Source: an uncultured Gammaproteobacteria bacterium
Lineage (GTDB): Bacteria > Pseudomonadota > Gammaproteobacteria > UBA9214
Assembly (NCBI GenBank): GCA_963824045.1
Contig: CAWGNW010000006.1
Span: 6,099 to 70,098 of the forward strand
DNA: 64,000 bases
Direction of reading: 5' to 3'
Shown here: piece by piece, positions 48,217 through 57,706 of the stretch
How the letters are laid out: each line of letters starts with the position of its first letter
Numbering within the stretch: the stretch's first letter is position 1
Notes under the pieces: generated by a model
Told to the model about the DNA's origin: nothing
Seen by the model: the letters and a program-made list of their open reading frames with translations, nothing else
The model's database searches: none
Translations under genes and position numbers: made by a program

Positions 48217-48475
48217 GTACAGGGGGCGGCCGCTGTCACCGGCGACACACTGCATGCCGCAGTCGGAGGTGGTGGCATGCACTCATGGCAGGTTCCGCTA
48301 CTTTCCTCGGGGCACCTGTCCTGGTTATTTTTTGTGCAGGGTGTGTGCTGTCACAGATCGCTCTGTGGCGCCTGCATGCCGGCCCGGACCCGCGGGCATG
48401 GCATACGCCAGGTCGCTGCTGACTGCAGGGGTATTGAGTGTCCCGCCGCCGCGGCTGGAGTGCCGCGGTGTTGCA

Positions 48476-49114
48476 TCAACGGGCGGACAGTTTCCTGTTC
48501 TGCAATGACTGGTAACGCGCTACATCCGCCGCACTGGTCTCGTTGATCTTCTCTATTTCCGCCTGCTTGCGAGTGATGGTTACCTGGTTCTGTTCGATCT
48601 GGTCGCGAATACTGGCAGTCTGCTGCAGCACGAACTCGGGAACCGGTTTGCCGCGTCCCTCGTAGCTTGCGGCTTCGCCGGTCAGGTCGGCCAGGCGTTT
48701 CTGCAACGATTCGATGCGGATGTCTGTCAAATGGATGAATTCCCTGATGGCGTCGACCTTGTTGTCGCGGGCGATCAGGATGTCTTCTTCACTTGCGTAG
48801 GTGGCAAGCAACTGCTTGTCCAGCTGCGCCTGCTCTGCCGACTGTTTCTGTTCTTCCTGCCTGAGACCGGCCCGCCGTTTCTGCTCGGCAATTTCTTCCG
48901 GCGTGGCGGGTTCGTCGAATGCTTTCAGGGTACGGCCCTGCTCGTTGATTTCCTGTCGTTGCTGTGCGCTGGCCTGCAGGGGTACACGGTCGCCGTAATG
49001 CGTGTTTCCCTGTGCGTCGATCCACTTGAAGGTGCGCTCTGCATTGGCTGCAGTGGCTGCCAGCAGCAGGGTGGCAAGCGGGATGGCTGTAAGTATGGAA
49101 TGTAATGGCTTCAC
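48476..49114 (-). CDS. DUF4124 domain protein with coiled-coil tail
   Basis: GTG 49114, signal peptide (LTAIPLATLLLAATAANA), then FKWIDAQGNTHYGDRVP (the DUF4124 signature as I recall it). A Q/E/K-rich helical region follows. Confidence 0.65.
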   Translation of the reverse strand: MKPLHSILTAIPLATLLLAATAANAERTFKWIDAQGNTHYGDRVPLQASAQQRQEINEQGRTLKAFDEPATPEEIAEQKRRAGLRQEEQKQSAEQAQLDKQLLATYASEEDILIARDNKVDAIREFIHLTDIRIESLQKRLADLTGEAASYEGRGKPVPEFVLQQTASIRDQIEQNQVTITRKQAEIEKINETSAADVARYQSLQNRKLSAR

Positions 49115-49484
49115 GATCTGATCCTGTCGGCTGCGCGGTGATGTCAAGGCAACGATTCGCACGCTGCCAGCTACCACCATCAATGGCCAGAAAACAATAG
49201 ATAACAATAAAATATCAGGTTTACTTCGGGTGACTTACCCGATTCAAACCGGTTTCTGCGCTGTGATGCACAGGCTATCGGCTTGTGAACCTGTCGCTTG
49301 AAATACAGCGGGGCCAGTATAACGCTTGCGGCAGCTGCCGGGTGGGATGTCTGTCACGCTCGGCGGGATACCGCGGGCGGCGCCCGGGGCCCGTACCGCC
49401 TCATGCCGGCATTTCACAAGAATTAACCGGTGACCGCGCCGGGCGGTGCTAGAATTGAACGCATTGTGATGATCCGGATGCGAC

Positions 49485-49952
49485 ATGAAAATTGAGCGAA
49501 GCCTGCGGGAACTGGAGGTACTGGCGCTCGAACTGCAACCGCCGCTTGTCCTCGACAGCAAGACCCTTGTCGCCGCTGTCATCGAGGCGATGCGCCGGAG
49601 TGGTCTGGGTTATGCCTTGCTCGAGACCGATGGCCGGCTGGCCGGGATCTTCACCGAACGTGACGTTTTCCTTTCCGTGCTCGGCAATACTGCCGTGCTG
49701 CAGGAGCCTGTCGGACGCTACATGACAGCGGCGCCCGCCCGGGTGAACAAGGACGCTCCCGTGTGGCGCGTTATCGTAATGATGCACGAGGGCGGCTACC
49801 GCCAGGTGCCTGTCGTTGACAGGGATGACCGGATTCTGGGTTGCGTGCGGCACAAGGATATCGCTGGCTACCTGGTCAACTGTTACGCCGCGCATGTTCT
49901 CAACCTGCCCCCGGACCCGGAGCAGGTGGCACACGCACCCGAGGGCGGCTGA
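49485..49952 (+). CDS. CBS-pair domain protein
   Basis: 155 aa with two CBS-like units (LAGIFTERDVF, GGYRQVPVVDRDDRILGCVRHKDIAGYL). The TGA lies 1 nt before the korA ATG. Confidence 0.75.
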   Translation: MKIERSLRELEVLALELQPPLVLDSKTLVAAVIEAMRRSGLGYALLETDGRLAGIFTERDVFLSVLGNTAVLQEPVGRYMTAAPARVNKDAPVWRVIVMMHEGGYRQVPVVDRDDRILGCVRHKDIAGYLVNCYAAHVLNLPPDPEQVAHAPEGG

Positions 49953-49953
49953 T

Positions 49954-51816
49954 ATGCTGGAGAGCGCAGCACTGCCATCCGGCGAATCCAGGGAAACGCT
50001 CGAACAGGTCACGATCCTGTTTTGCGGTGACTCCGGTGACGGCATGCAGCTGAGCGGTGCGCAGATGGGGACCACCTCCGCGATCTATGGCAACGATGTC
50101 AGCACGCTGCCGGACTATCCCGCGGAGATCCGGGCGCCGGCCGGCTCGCTTGGCGGCGTCTCCGCCTTCCAGCTGCATTTCGCCAGCCACGAGATTCATA
50201 CGCCGGGCGACGCCCCCGACGTCCTGGTTGCCATGAACCCGGCGGCATTGAAGATCCACCTGCCGCGGTTGGTGCCCGGCGGCATCCTGGTCGTCGACCG
50301 GGATGCCTTCACGGCGCGCAATCTGGCAAAGGCCGGCTATACCGGCAATCCACTGGAAGAGGAGGCGACGGGTACACGTTACCGGCTGCATGCTTTGCCC
50401 GTGACCACGCTGACCCTGAATGCGCTCGAGTCGCTGGAACTCAAGCGTTCGTCCAAGATTCGCTGCAAAAACTTCTTTGCCCTGGGTCTCGTCTACTGGC
50501 TCTATGACCGGCCACTCGCGCAGAGTCTGGCATGGATCAGGAAAAAGTTCGCCGGCATGCCGCCGGTAGCCGAGGCGAACCGGCTGGCACTGCAGGCCGG
50601 CTACCACTACGGTGAAACCGCGGGTGCCTTTTCGGTGCAGTGGCAGATACGCAAGGCCCCGGGTCGGCCGGGAACCTATCGGCTGGTCAACGGCAACGAG
50701 GCTGCTGCACTGGGACTGGTAACGGCTGCGCGTCTCGCGGGCAAGCCGCTGGTCTACAGCAGTTACCCGATCACGCCGGCATCAGAGATCCTGCACACCC
50801 TGTCGCGCTGGAAACACATGGATGTGCGCACGATCCAGGCAGAAGACGAAATCGCGGCCATGGGCGCCACAATCGGCGCGGCCTACGGCGGTGCTCTCGC
50901 CGTCACGGGTACCAGCGGTCCCGGGGTGTGCCTGAAGAGCGAGGCGCTGAACCTTGCGGTCATGCTGGAGCTGCCGGTGGTGGTAATCAATGTCCAGCGC
51001 GGCGGGCCATCCACGGGTCTGCCGACCAAGACCGAGCAGGCCGACCTGCTGCAGGCCCTGTTCGGCCGCCATGGCGAAAGCCCGATCCCGGTGCTGGCGC
51101 CGGCGAGTCCGGCGGAGTGCTTTGTGATGGCGATCGAGGCCATGCGTATCGCGGTGCGCCACATGACACCGGTGTTCATTCTCAGCGAGGGCTTCCTTGC
51201 AAACAGCAGCGAACCCTGGCGAATTCCGCAGTTGCAGGAACTGGAACCGATAGCGGTACACCACCCGGCCGATCCGGCAGGCTTCCAGCCCTACAGCCGG
51301 ACGCCGGAGACGCTGGCCCGCCCCTGGGTTCTGCCGGGTACACCGGGCATGGAACATCGCCTCGGTGGTCTGGAAAAACAGCCGCTGACGGGGGACGTGA
51401 GTTATTCACCGGAGGATCACGAGACCATGTGCCGGCTGCGTGCCGACAAGGTCGCTCGCATTACCGGGTTCATACCCGATCTGGAGGTCGGCGGGCATGC
51501 GGAGGCGACGCTGCTGGTGCTGGGCTGGGGCGGCTCTTATGGCGCCATCCGGACTGCGGTGGAACAGCTGGCGCAGGCCGGCAGGCCGGTTGCACATGCC
51601 CACCTGCGCTACCTGAACCCCTTTCCCGGCAACCTTGGTGAAGTACTGGCCCGCTATGAGCGGGTCCTGGTGCCGGAACTCAACCACGGCCAGCTGGCGC
51701 TGTTACTGCGCGCCCGCTATCTCGTCGATGTAATCTCCCGCGGCAAGATGCAGGGCCGGCCTTTCAGTGTCGGGGAGATCGAGACGTACATCATGGAGGT
51801 GCTGGATGGTGTCTGA
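49954..51816 (+). CDS. korA: 2-oxoacid (2-oxoglutarate):ferredoxin oxidoreductase alpha subunit (fused gamma-alpha type)
   Basis: 620 aa with an N-terminal gamma-like part (ILFCGDSGDGMQLSG...PDYPAEIRAPAGSLGGVSAFQLHF). The alpha part follows (NGNEAAALG...YPITPASEIL...EDEIAAMGATIGAAYGGALAVTGTSGPG). Confidence 0.85.
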   Translation: MLESAALPSGESRETLEQVTILFCGDSGDGMQLSGAQMGTTSAIYGNDVSTLPDYPAEIRAPAGSLGGVSAFQLHFASHEIHTPGDAPDVLVAMNPAALKIHLPRLVPGGILVVDRDAFTARNLAKAGYTGNPLEEEATGTRYRLHALPVTTLTLNALESLELKRSSKIRCKNFFALGLVYWLYDRPLAQSLAWIRKKFAGMPPVAEANRLALQAGYHYGETAGAFSVQWQIRKAPGRPGTYRLVNGNEAAALGLVTAARLAGKPLVYSSYPITPASEILHTLSRWKHMDVRTIQAEDEIAAMGATIGAAYGGALAVTGTSGPGVCLKSEALNLAVMLELPVVVINVQRGGPSTGLPTKTEQADLLQALFGRHGESPIPVLAPASPAECFVMAIEAMRIAVRHMTPVFILSEGFLANSSEPWRIPQLQELEPIAVHHPADPAGFQPYSRTPETLARPWVLPGTPGMEHRLGGLEKQPLTGDVSYSPEDHETMCRLRADKVARITGFIPDLEVGGHAEATLLVLGWGGSYGAIRTAVEQLAQAGRPVAHAHLRYLNPFPGNLGEVLARYERVLVPELNHGQLALLLRARYLVDVISRGKMQGRPFSVGEIETYIMEVLDGV

Positions 51817-52822
51817 AACCGGGCAGGACGGGCTGACCCGCCGGGACTTTGCCTCGGACCAGGATGTGCGCTGGTGTCCCGGCTGCGGCAACAATGCCAT
51901 TCTAGCGCAGATGCAGAAGACACTTCCCGAACTCGGTGTTCCCCGCGAGAACATCGTCATTATTTCGGGCATAGGCTGCTCCAGCCGCTTTCCCTACTAC
52001 ATGAACACCTACGGTATCCACTCCATCCACGGTCGTGCACCGACCCTGGCCATGGGGCTGAAATGCGCGCGTCCCGAGTTGCTGGTCTGGGTCGTGACCG
52101 GGGATGGCGACGCGCTGGCCATTGGCGGCAACCACTTCACACATGCACTGCGGCGCAACGTGGATATCAACATCCTGCTGTTCAATAACCGGATATACGG
52201 ACTCACCAAGGGGCAGTATTCACCGACCTCGGCGCACGGGACACGCACGCAGTCCAGCCCTGACGGTTCCATCGAGAACCCGGTCAACCCGGTCGGTGTT
52301 GCGATCGGCTCGGAAGCCAGCTTTATCGCGCGCACCGTGGATGTATTCCAGCAGCACTGCTCCGGGATGCTCAAGCGTGCGGCCGCGCACCGCGGCGCGT
52401 CCCTGGTCGAGATTGCGCAGAACTGCATCATATTCAATGACGGCGCCTGGTCGTACATGACCGACCCTGACAGGCGCCAGGAGCATGTCCTGTACCTGGA
52501 ACACGGCCAGCCAATGCGTTTTGGAAAGCAGGGCGAGAAGGGTATCCGGCTCAACGGGCTGCAGCCCGAGGTTGTCAATGTCGCTGCCGTCGGCGAGGAA
52601 AACCTGCTGGTGCACGACGAACAGGCGGCGGAACCGACGCTTGCCTACCTGCTGTCGCGCATGGGGCCGCCGGACTTTCCGACCCCCGTGGGCGTCTTCC
52701 GCGCCATCGATAAACCCGTGTACAGCCAGCAACTCATGGGTCAGGTGCGGGCGGCGCAGGCGCGCGAACCGGCGGATCTGGCAGCCCTGTTTCGCCAGGG
52801 CGATACCTGGGAGGTTTCGTGA
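51806..52822 (+). CDS. korB: 2-oxoacid:ferredoxin oxidoreductase beta (TPP-binding) subunit
   Basis: VRWCPGCGNNAIL, GIGCSSRFPYY, GDGDALAIGGNHFTHALRRNVDINILLFNNRIYGLTKGQ. ATG 51806 overlaps the korA end by 11 nt. Confidence 0.85.
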   Translation: MVSETGQDGLTRRDFASDQDVRWCPGCGNNAILAQMQKTLPELGVPRENIVIISGIGCSSRFPYYMNTYGIHSIHGRAPTLAMGLKCARPELLVWVVTGDGDALAIGGNHFTHALRRNVDINILLFNNRIYGLTKGQYSPTSAHGTRTQSSPDGSIENPVNPVGVAIGSEASFIARTVDVFQQHCSGMLKRAAAHRGASLVEIAQNCIIFNDGAWSYMTDPDRRQEHVLYLEHGQPMRFGKQGEKGIRLNGLQPEVVNVAAVGEENLLVHDEQAAEPTLAYLLSRMGPPDFPTPVGVFRAIDKPVYSQQLMGQVRAAQAREPADLAALFRQGDTWEVS

Positions 52823-52844
52823 TTCTCGTGATGGAGGCAAGCCG

Positions 52845-53396
52845 GTGAAGTGTCCCTGCTGCGGCTGCGAGAACCTGGCTGGCGCGGACAGCTGCGAAAA
52901 CTGCCAGGCGAGTCTCTGCCAGGATGATGTGCCGCAGCCCTGCGGCGCCGTCGAGCGCAGCCTTATGGAGGACCCGGTTGTCTGCCTGCAGCCGCTGCGG
53001 CCACTGACTGTCGATCCACACACGCCCCTGGAGGAAGCCATCCGCTTCATGCGTAACCATGGGATCGGCTGTGTCCTGGTGACCGATGCCGCAGGAAAAC
53101 TGGCGGGTATTCTCACCGAGCGGGATCTGTTGCAGAAAGTTGCCGGGAAAGGGCGTGATCTCGCCCGGCTGCGGGTTGCTGACTGCATGACAGCAGCACC
53201 GGAGTCGAGCAAGCCCGGCCACCCGCTGGGCTATGCGCTGCAACGCATGATCGTCAGTGATATCCGCTACCTGCCGCTGGTTGATGACAGCGGCAGGCCG
53301 GTCGGCATTGTGTCGTCGCGCGATATTATCGCCTATATGGCAGACCGCTTTCGGGACGGTGTGGAACCGGCTGCCCCGGCGGGAGGGAACGGGTAA
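52845..53396 (+). CDS. zinc-ribbon plus CBS-pair domain protein
   Basis: GTG 52845 with GGAGG 7 nt upstream. The N-terminus is KCPCCGCENLAGADSCENC (4-Cys ribbon), followed by two CBS units (IGCVLVTDAAGKLAGILTERDLL, IRYLPLVDDSGRPVGIVSSRDII). Confidence 0.7.
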   Translation: MKCPCCGCENLAGADSCENCQASLCQDDVPQPCGAVERSLMEDPVVCLQPLRPLTVDPHTPLEEAIRFMRNHGIGCVLVTDAAGKLAGILTERDLLQKVAGKGRDLARLRVADCMTAAPESSKPGHPLGYALQRMIVSDIRYLPLVDDSGRPVGIVSSRDIIAYMADRFRDGVEPAAPAGGNG

Positions 53397-53420
53397 CAGG
53401 AAAGTTCGGAAGCGGTGTTT

Positions 53421-54005
53421 TCAGATCCCGCCGGGAACGCCGGCAGTTTCCAGCCAGGACAGGTTCAGGGATCCCGGCATATAACTATCATCCTTGACTG
53501 TCATCACCGGCGACCTGGCATATTTGGCAACGTACTCGGCGACAGACCCCTGCAGGAGATGGGCGAAGCCGTTGCGTCCGTGTGTGCCCATGACAATCAT
53601 CGCTGCCTGTTCGCGTTCCGCTACCTCGATGATGCGGCGCCCCGGCAGGCCGCGAACCAGCAGGGGGTCGACTGTCTGCAGTGCATTCAGGCCGGGTTCC
53701 TGGCTGCGGAGTTCTGTCAGCATGTCTTCAACCATATCAGCGGCGATGTCCGTGATAGGTCGGGCCGTGTAGTGGCTGGTGGGACTGCGGTATACACCGG
53801 GTCGCCTGACGTCATCATGGATGACATGCAGCAGCAACAGCGGGGTGCGTGTTCCCTCCACCAGGCGGCTGGCAAAAAGCAGCGCGGCTCGTGAGCAGTC
53901 TGAAAAATCCACAGGTACCAGCAGCGGGTGTCTTGCCGGGGCAAGTCGGGGTTCATGTGTCTGTGTCACGGTTGCAATGCTCCAGCTGCCCGGCCCTGCG
54001 GGCAC
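53421..54005 (-). CDS. universal stress protein (UspA family)
   Basis: LLVPVDFSDCSRAAL...LLLLHVI...MIVMGTHGRNGFAHLLQGSVAEYV. N-terminal start uncertain. Confidence 0.75.
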   Translation of the reverse strand: MPAGPGSWSIATVTQTHEPRLAPARHPLLVPVDFSDCSRAALLFASRLVEGTRTPLLLLHVIHDDVRRPGVYRSPTSHYTARPITDIAADMVEDMLTELRSQEPGLNALQTVDPLLVRGLPGRRIIEVAEREQAAMIVMGTHGRNGFAHLLQGSVAEYVAKYARSPVMTVKDDSYMPGSLNLSWLETAGVPGGI

Positions 54006-54445
54006 GGCATGGTTGTGTTGCCAGGGTTTGCCGAAGATGACTATAGCCCCCCAGTATTAGCGTTTCATTAGCCTGTATCTCGTCGCTATAAATCTGGAAA
54101 AGAGGCTTCCGTTCAGGGGGTGCAAGGCGAATCCCGGTTGCAGTGCTGCCCCCCCGGCCACGGACGCCACGCAATGTACAACATCTGTCACAATCCGGCA
54201 GGCAAGGGTTGTATAATCATCAGGTTAAGGAGCCCTGTTTAGTCAAGGCATCCCTTTATTGCACGGGAACGATGTGAGGAGGCAATCTCCAGCACATTGA
54301 TCATGGGTAAAAGATTGCTTCACAGCACTCGCAATAAGGGATTGATCAGGTCTTCCTGAAACACAGTGACACTGCCGGAGCCGTGAATCACAGCGGGCAG
54401 CGTTAATAACAATCAGTCCGCATATTGCGGCAACCAGGAATATTC

Positions 54446-55261
54446 ATGAACGAAAATACCGGAACCCGCAATATGGCCGTGTACTGCGACTTTGAAAATG
54501 TCGCGCTCGGTGTGCGTGATGCCAAGTACGCAGCCTTCGATATCCAGAAAGTGCTGGAACGGCTGCTGCTGAAAGGAAACATCGTGGTGAAAAAGGCCTA
54601 CTGCGACTGGGACCGCTACAAGGAATTCAAGCCGGCCATGCACGAGGCGACCTTCGAGCTGATCGAGATACCGCATATCCGCATGTCAGGCAAGAATTCC
54701 GCCGATATTCGCATGGTCGTGGATGCGCTTGACCTTTGCTACACCAAGGCGCACGTCGACACCTTCGTGATCATCAGCGGCGACTCGGATTTTTCCGCGC
54801 TGGTCAGCAAGCTGCGCGAGAACAACAAGCTGGTCATCGGGGTCGGGGTGAAGAATTCCACCTCGGACCTGCTGATATCCAATTGCGACGAGTTCATCTT
54901 CTACGACGACCTGGTGCGCGAGTCGGAAAAACCCCGGCGTACACGGCGCAAGGTTGCTTCCAGGAAAAAGGGCAAGAAAGAAATGCCGAGTGCGGAAGAT
55001 GACAAGCGCCAGGAAGCCATCGATCTGGTCATGGAAACGGTAGAGGCCGTATTCAACGAGCGCGGCGAGGAGGAAAAGGTCTGGGGGTCCATGGTGAAGC
55101 AGACCCTGAAACGCCGCAAACCGGGATTCAACGAAAGCTACCACGGGTTTCGTAATTTCGGCCAGTTGCTGGAAGAGGCGCAGGCGCGCCAGCTGTTGAC
55201 CCTGGTGCTGGATGAAAAGTCCGGCGGCTACATCATCCAGAGCTATGTCCACGAGGACTAG
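54446..55261 (+). CDS. NYN (LabA-like PIN-fold) domain protein with C-terminal OST-HTH/LOTUS domain
   Basis: MAVYCDFENV...KAYCDW...GKNSADIRMVVDALD...FVIISGDSDFSALVSKLRENNKLVIGVG (NYN). A basic linker follows, then a LOTUS-like end (WGSMVKQTLKRRKPGFNESYHGFRNFGQLLEEA). Confidence 0.8.
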   Translation: MNENTGTRNMAVYCDFENVALGVRDAKYAAFDIQKVLERLLLKGNIVVKKAYCDWDRYKEFKPAMHEATFELIEIPHIRMSGKNSADIRMVVDALDLCYTKAHVDTFVIISGDSDFSALVSKLRENNKLVIGVGVKNSTSDLLISNCDEFIFYDDLVRESEKPRRTRRKVASRKKGKKEMPSAEDDKRQEAIDLVMETVEAVFNERGEEEKVWGSMVKQTLKRRKPGFNESYHGFRNFGQLLEEAQARQLLTLVLDEKSGGYIIQSYVHED

Positions 55262-55414
55262 CATTCCTGCAAATTAATAAAACGGGTGCTTGCACGTCAG
55301 GCCGGGAGCCGGGAATTCTGTATAGCCACGGAATCCGTGGCCATAATTTCCGTCATCATCTGAGCGAAAGAACAGGCATCCGTTTTTATACTCCGGCATT
55401 TCCCTGGCTTGGTT

Positions 55415-56704
55415 TTATCCTCTTTCCACGATCGGTACATAGTCGGACAGCCCCATGCCGGTATAGATCTGCCGCGGCCGGGCGATGCGCCTCCCGGGCT
55501 CGTCGTGCTGTTCGTTCCAGTGGGCGATCCAGCCGGGCAAGCGGCCGATGGCGAACAGCACCGTGAACATGTTGGTGGGAATGCCGATGGCGCGCAGGAT
55601 AATGCCGCTGTAGAAGTCGACATTGGGATACAGCTTGCGCTCCAGGAAGTAGGGGTCCTTGAGGGCGATCTCCTCCAGGTTACGCGCGATGTCCAGCAGC
55701 GGGTCACTGACCTGGATCTTGTTCAGCAGCTGTTCGCTGACCTTGCGCAGCAGGATCGCCCGGGGGTCGAAATTCTTGTAGACACGGTGACCGAAGCCCA
55801 TCAGGCGCACCGGGCTGGACTTGTCCTTGGCCTGGTCGATGTATTCCTGCGCCGTCAGTTTGCCGCGATGGATCGCCTCCAGCATCTCGATCACCTTGAC
55901 GTTGGCGCCGCCATGCAGCGGCCCCCACAGGGCGGACACACCGGCTGCACAGGATGCAAACAGGTTGGCATTGCTGGAACCCACCATGCGCACGGTGGAC
56001 GTGCTGCAGTTCTGTTCATGGTCGGCGTGCAGGATCAGCACCAGGTTGAGGGCGCTGCGCACCTCGTCCTCGCACAGGTAGGGCTGGTAGGGTTCCGAAA
56101 ACATCATGTGCAGGAAGTTGGTGACGTAGGGCAGGTTCGGATCAGGGTAGATATAGGGCAGCCCCCGGGAGCGTCGGTAGGTGTAGGCGGCCAGGGTGCG
56201 GATCTTGCTGATCAGGCGTGCCGCTGCCTGCTCGAACTGACTGGCATCATCCAGCTCATTGAACTCCGGGTGGAAGCAGGACAGGGTGGAGAGCATGGCC
56301 GAGAGCACCGCCATGGGCGGCGCGGAGCGCGGGAAGCCCGAGAAGTGATGTTTCATGTCCTCGTCAAGGTTGGCGTGGCGGGTCAGCTGGGAACTGAACT
56401 GGGCGTATTCCGTTGCCGTGGGCAGCCGGCCGAACACCAGCAGCCAGGCAACCTCGACGAAGTTGGGGTGCTGTTCAAAACTTTCCAGTGGAATGCCGCG
56501 GTAGCGCAGAATGCCTTTTTCCCCGTCGATATAGGTGATTGCGCTTTCGCAGCTGGCGGTGTTGCCGAAACCGGGGTCCAGTACGACAAGACCTGTTTGC
56601 TCGCGCAGCTTTCTGATATCGATGGCAAGTTCGCCCTCGGTACCCTCGATAACGGGGAAGGTGAATGTCCCGTTTTCCAGTACCAGTTCTGCGTCTTTTG
56701 GCAT
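55415..56704 (-). CDS. gltA: citrate synthase (type II, hexameric class)
   Basis: 429 aa with GILRYRGIPLE, ILHADHEQNCSTSTVR, GPLHGGANV, MGFGHRVYKNFDPRA. Confidence 0.95.
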   Translation of the reverse strand: MPKDAELVLENGTFTFPVIEGTEGELAIDIRKLREQTGLVVLDPGFGNTASCESAITYIDGEKGILRYRGIPLESFEQHPNFVEVAWLLVFGRLPTATEYAQFSSQLTRHANLDEDMKHHFSGFPRSAPPMAVLSAMLSTLSCFHPEFNELDDASQFEQAAARLISKIRTLAAYTYRRSRGLPYIYPDPNLPYVTNFLHMMFSEPYQPYLCEDEVRSALNLVLILHADHEQNCSTSTVRMVGSSNANLFASCAAGVSALWGPLHGGANVKVIEMLEAIHRGKLTAQEYIDQAKDKSSPVRLMGFGHRVYKNFDPRAILLRKVSEQLLNKIQVSDPLLDIARNLEEIALKDPYFLERKLYPNVDFYSGIILRAIGIPTNMFTVLFAIGRLPGWIAHWNEQHDEPGRRIARPRQIYTGMGLSDYVPIVERG

Positions 56705-56962
56705 GCTGCTCTCCTGTAGAATGGGGATTGTGCGACTGGTTCCAGGTGTGTTTGCAAGCGCACCGGCAAGCGGACACTACACCTGTCGCAGGTCCGTTAT
56801 GGCGACAGCATAGCAACAGGGCATGACAAGTACGAGGTCTGAATGCCGGTGACACAGCAGGTTAAAATGGCTGACAGATTTTCTTGTACTGACAGGCTGC
56901 CGGTGCAAAGATTACCGGCTACAGGAGGGCAACAAGCAGGCTCCTCCCGGGTGGAGCGTTCA

Positions 56963-57706
56963 ATGGCAGGATTGGTGCAGCAGAAACCGCCGCGCATTTC
57001 GAGGCTGCAGTTGCAGCCCGGCCAGATCGTGGCCGGCAAGTACGTGATCCTTTCCCTGCTGGGAGCAGGCTGGGAGGGCGAGGTCTACCTGATCCGCGAA
57101 CGCCTCAGCGGCATTGAGCGAACGGCCAAGTTTTTCTTTCCCCACCGCAATATTCGTGACCGCGCACTGAAGTTTTATGCCCGCAAACTGCACAAGCTGC
57201 GCCAGTGTCCCGTGATCATTCAGTACCACACCCAGGACTCGATTACCTGCCAGTCCTATCCGGTCTCCTTCCTGATTTCCGAGTTTGTCGACGGCGAATT
57301 GCTGACGGATTTCATCAAGCGACAACCCGCCCGGCGGCTGACGCCTTTCCAGGCGGTTCACCTGCTGCATGCGCTGGCTGCCGGTATCGAATGCATCCAT
57401 GCGCTGGGGGAGTATCACGGCGACCTGCATACAGACAATATTATTCTGCAACACTACGGCCTCGGGTTCGACCTGAAGCTCATAGACCTGTTTCACTGGG
57501 GCGCCCCCAGCAAGGCCAACATTTACGATGATGTCTGCAACATGATACGGATCTTCTACGACTCCATGGGCGGCGCGCAGCGCTATGCAAAACACCCTCC
57601 CGAGATCAAGGCAATTTGCTGCGGGCTGAAGCGCACGCTCATTCTGAAGAAATTTCGCAGCGCCGGCCAAATCAAGGCCTACCTGGAAACCATGGAGTGG
57701 CACTGA
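56963..57706 (+). CDS. small stand-alone protein kinase-like protein (ePK/ELK fold)
   Basis: Gly-rich loop LGAGWEGEVY, Lys in ERTAKFF, catalytic HGDLHTDNI, and IDLF in place of DFG. ATG 56963 (GGAG at 6 nt) is preferred; upstream ATGs at 56843 and 56867 are possible. Confidence 0.65.
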   Translation: MAGLVQQKPPRISRLQLQPGQIVAGKYVILSLLGAGWEGEVYLIRERLSGIERTAKFFFPHRNIRDRALKFYARKLHKLRQCPVIIQYHTQDSITCQSYPVSFLISEFVDGELLTDFIKRQPARRLTPFQAVHLLHALAAGIECIHALGEYHGDLHTDNIILQHYGLGFDLKLIDLFHWGAPSKANIYDDVCNMIRIFYDSMGGAQRYAKHPPEIKAICCGLKRTLILKKFRSAGQIKAYLETMEWH

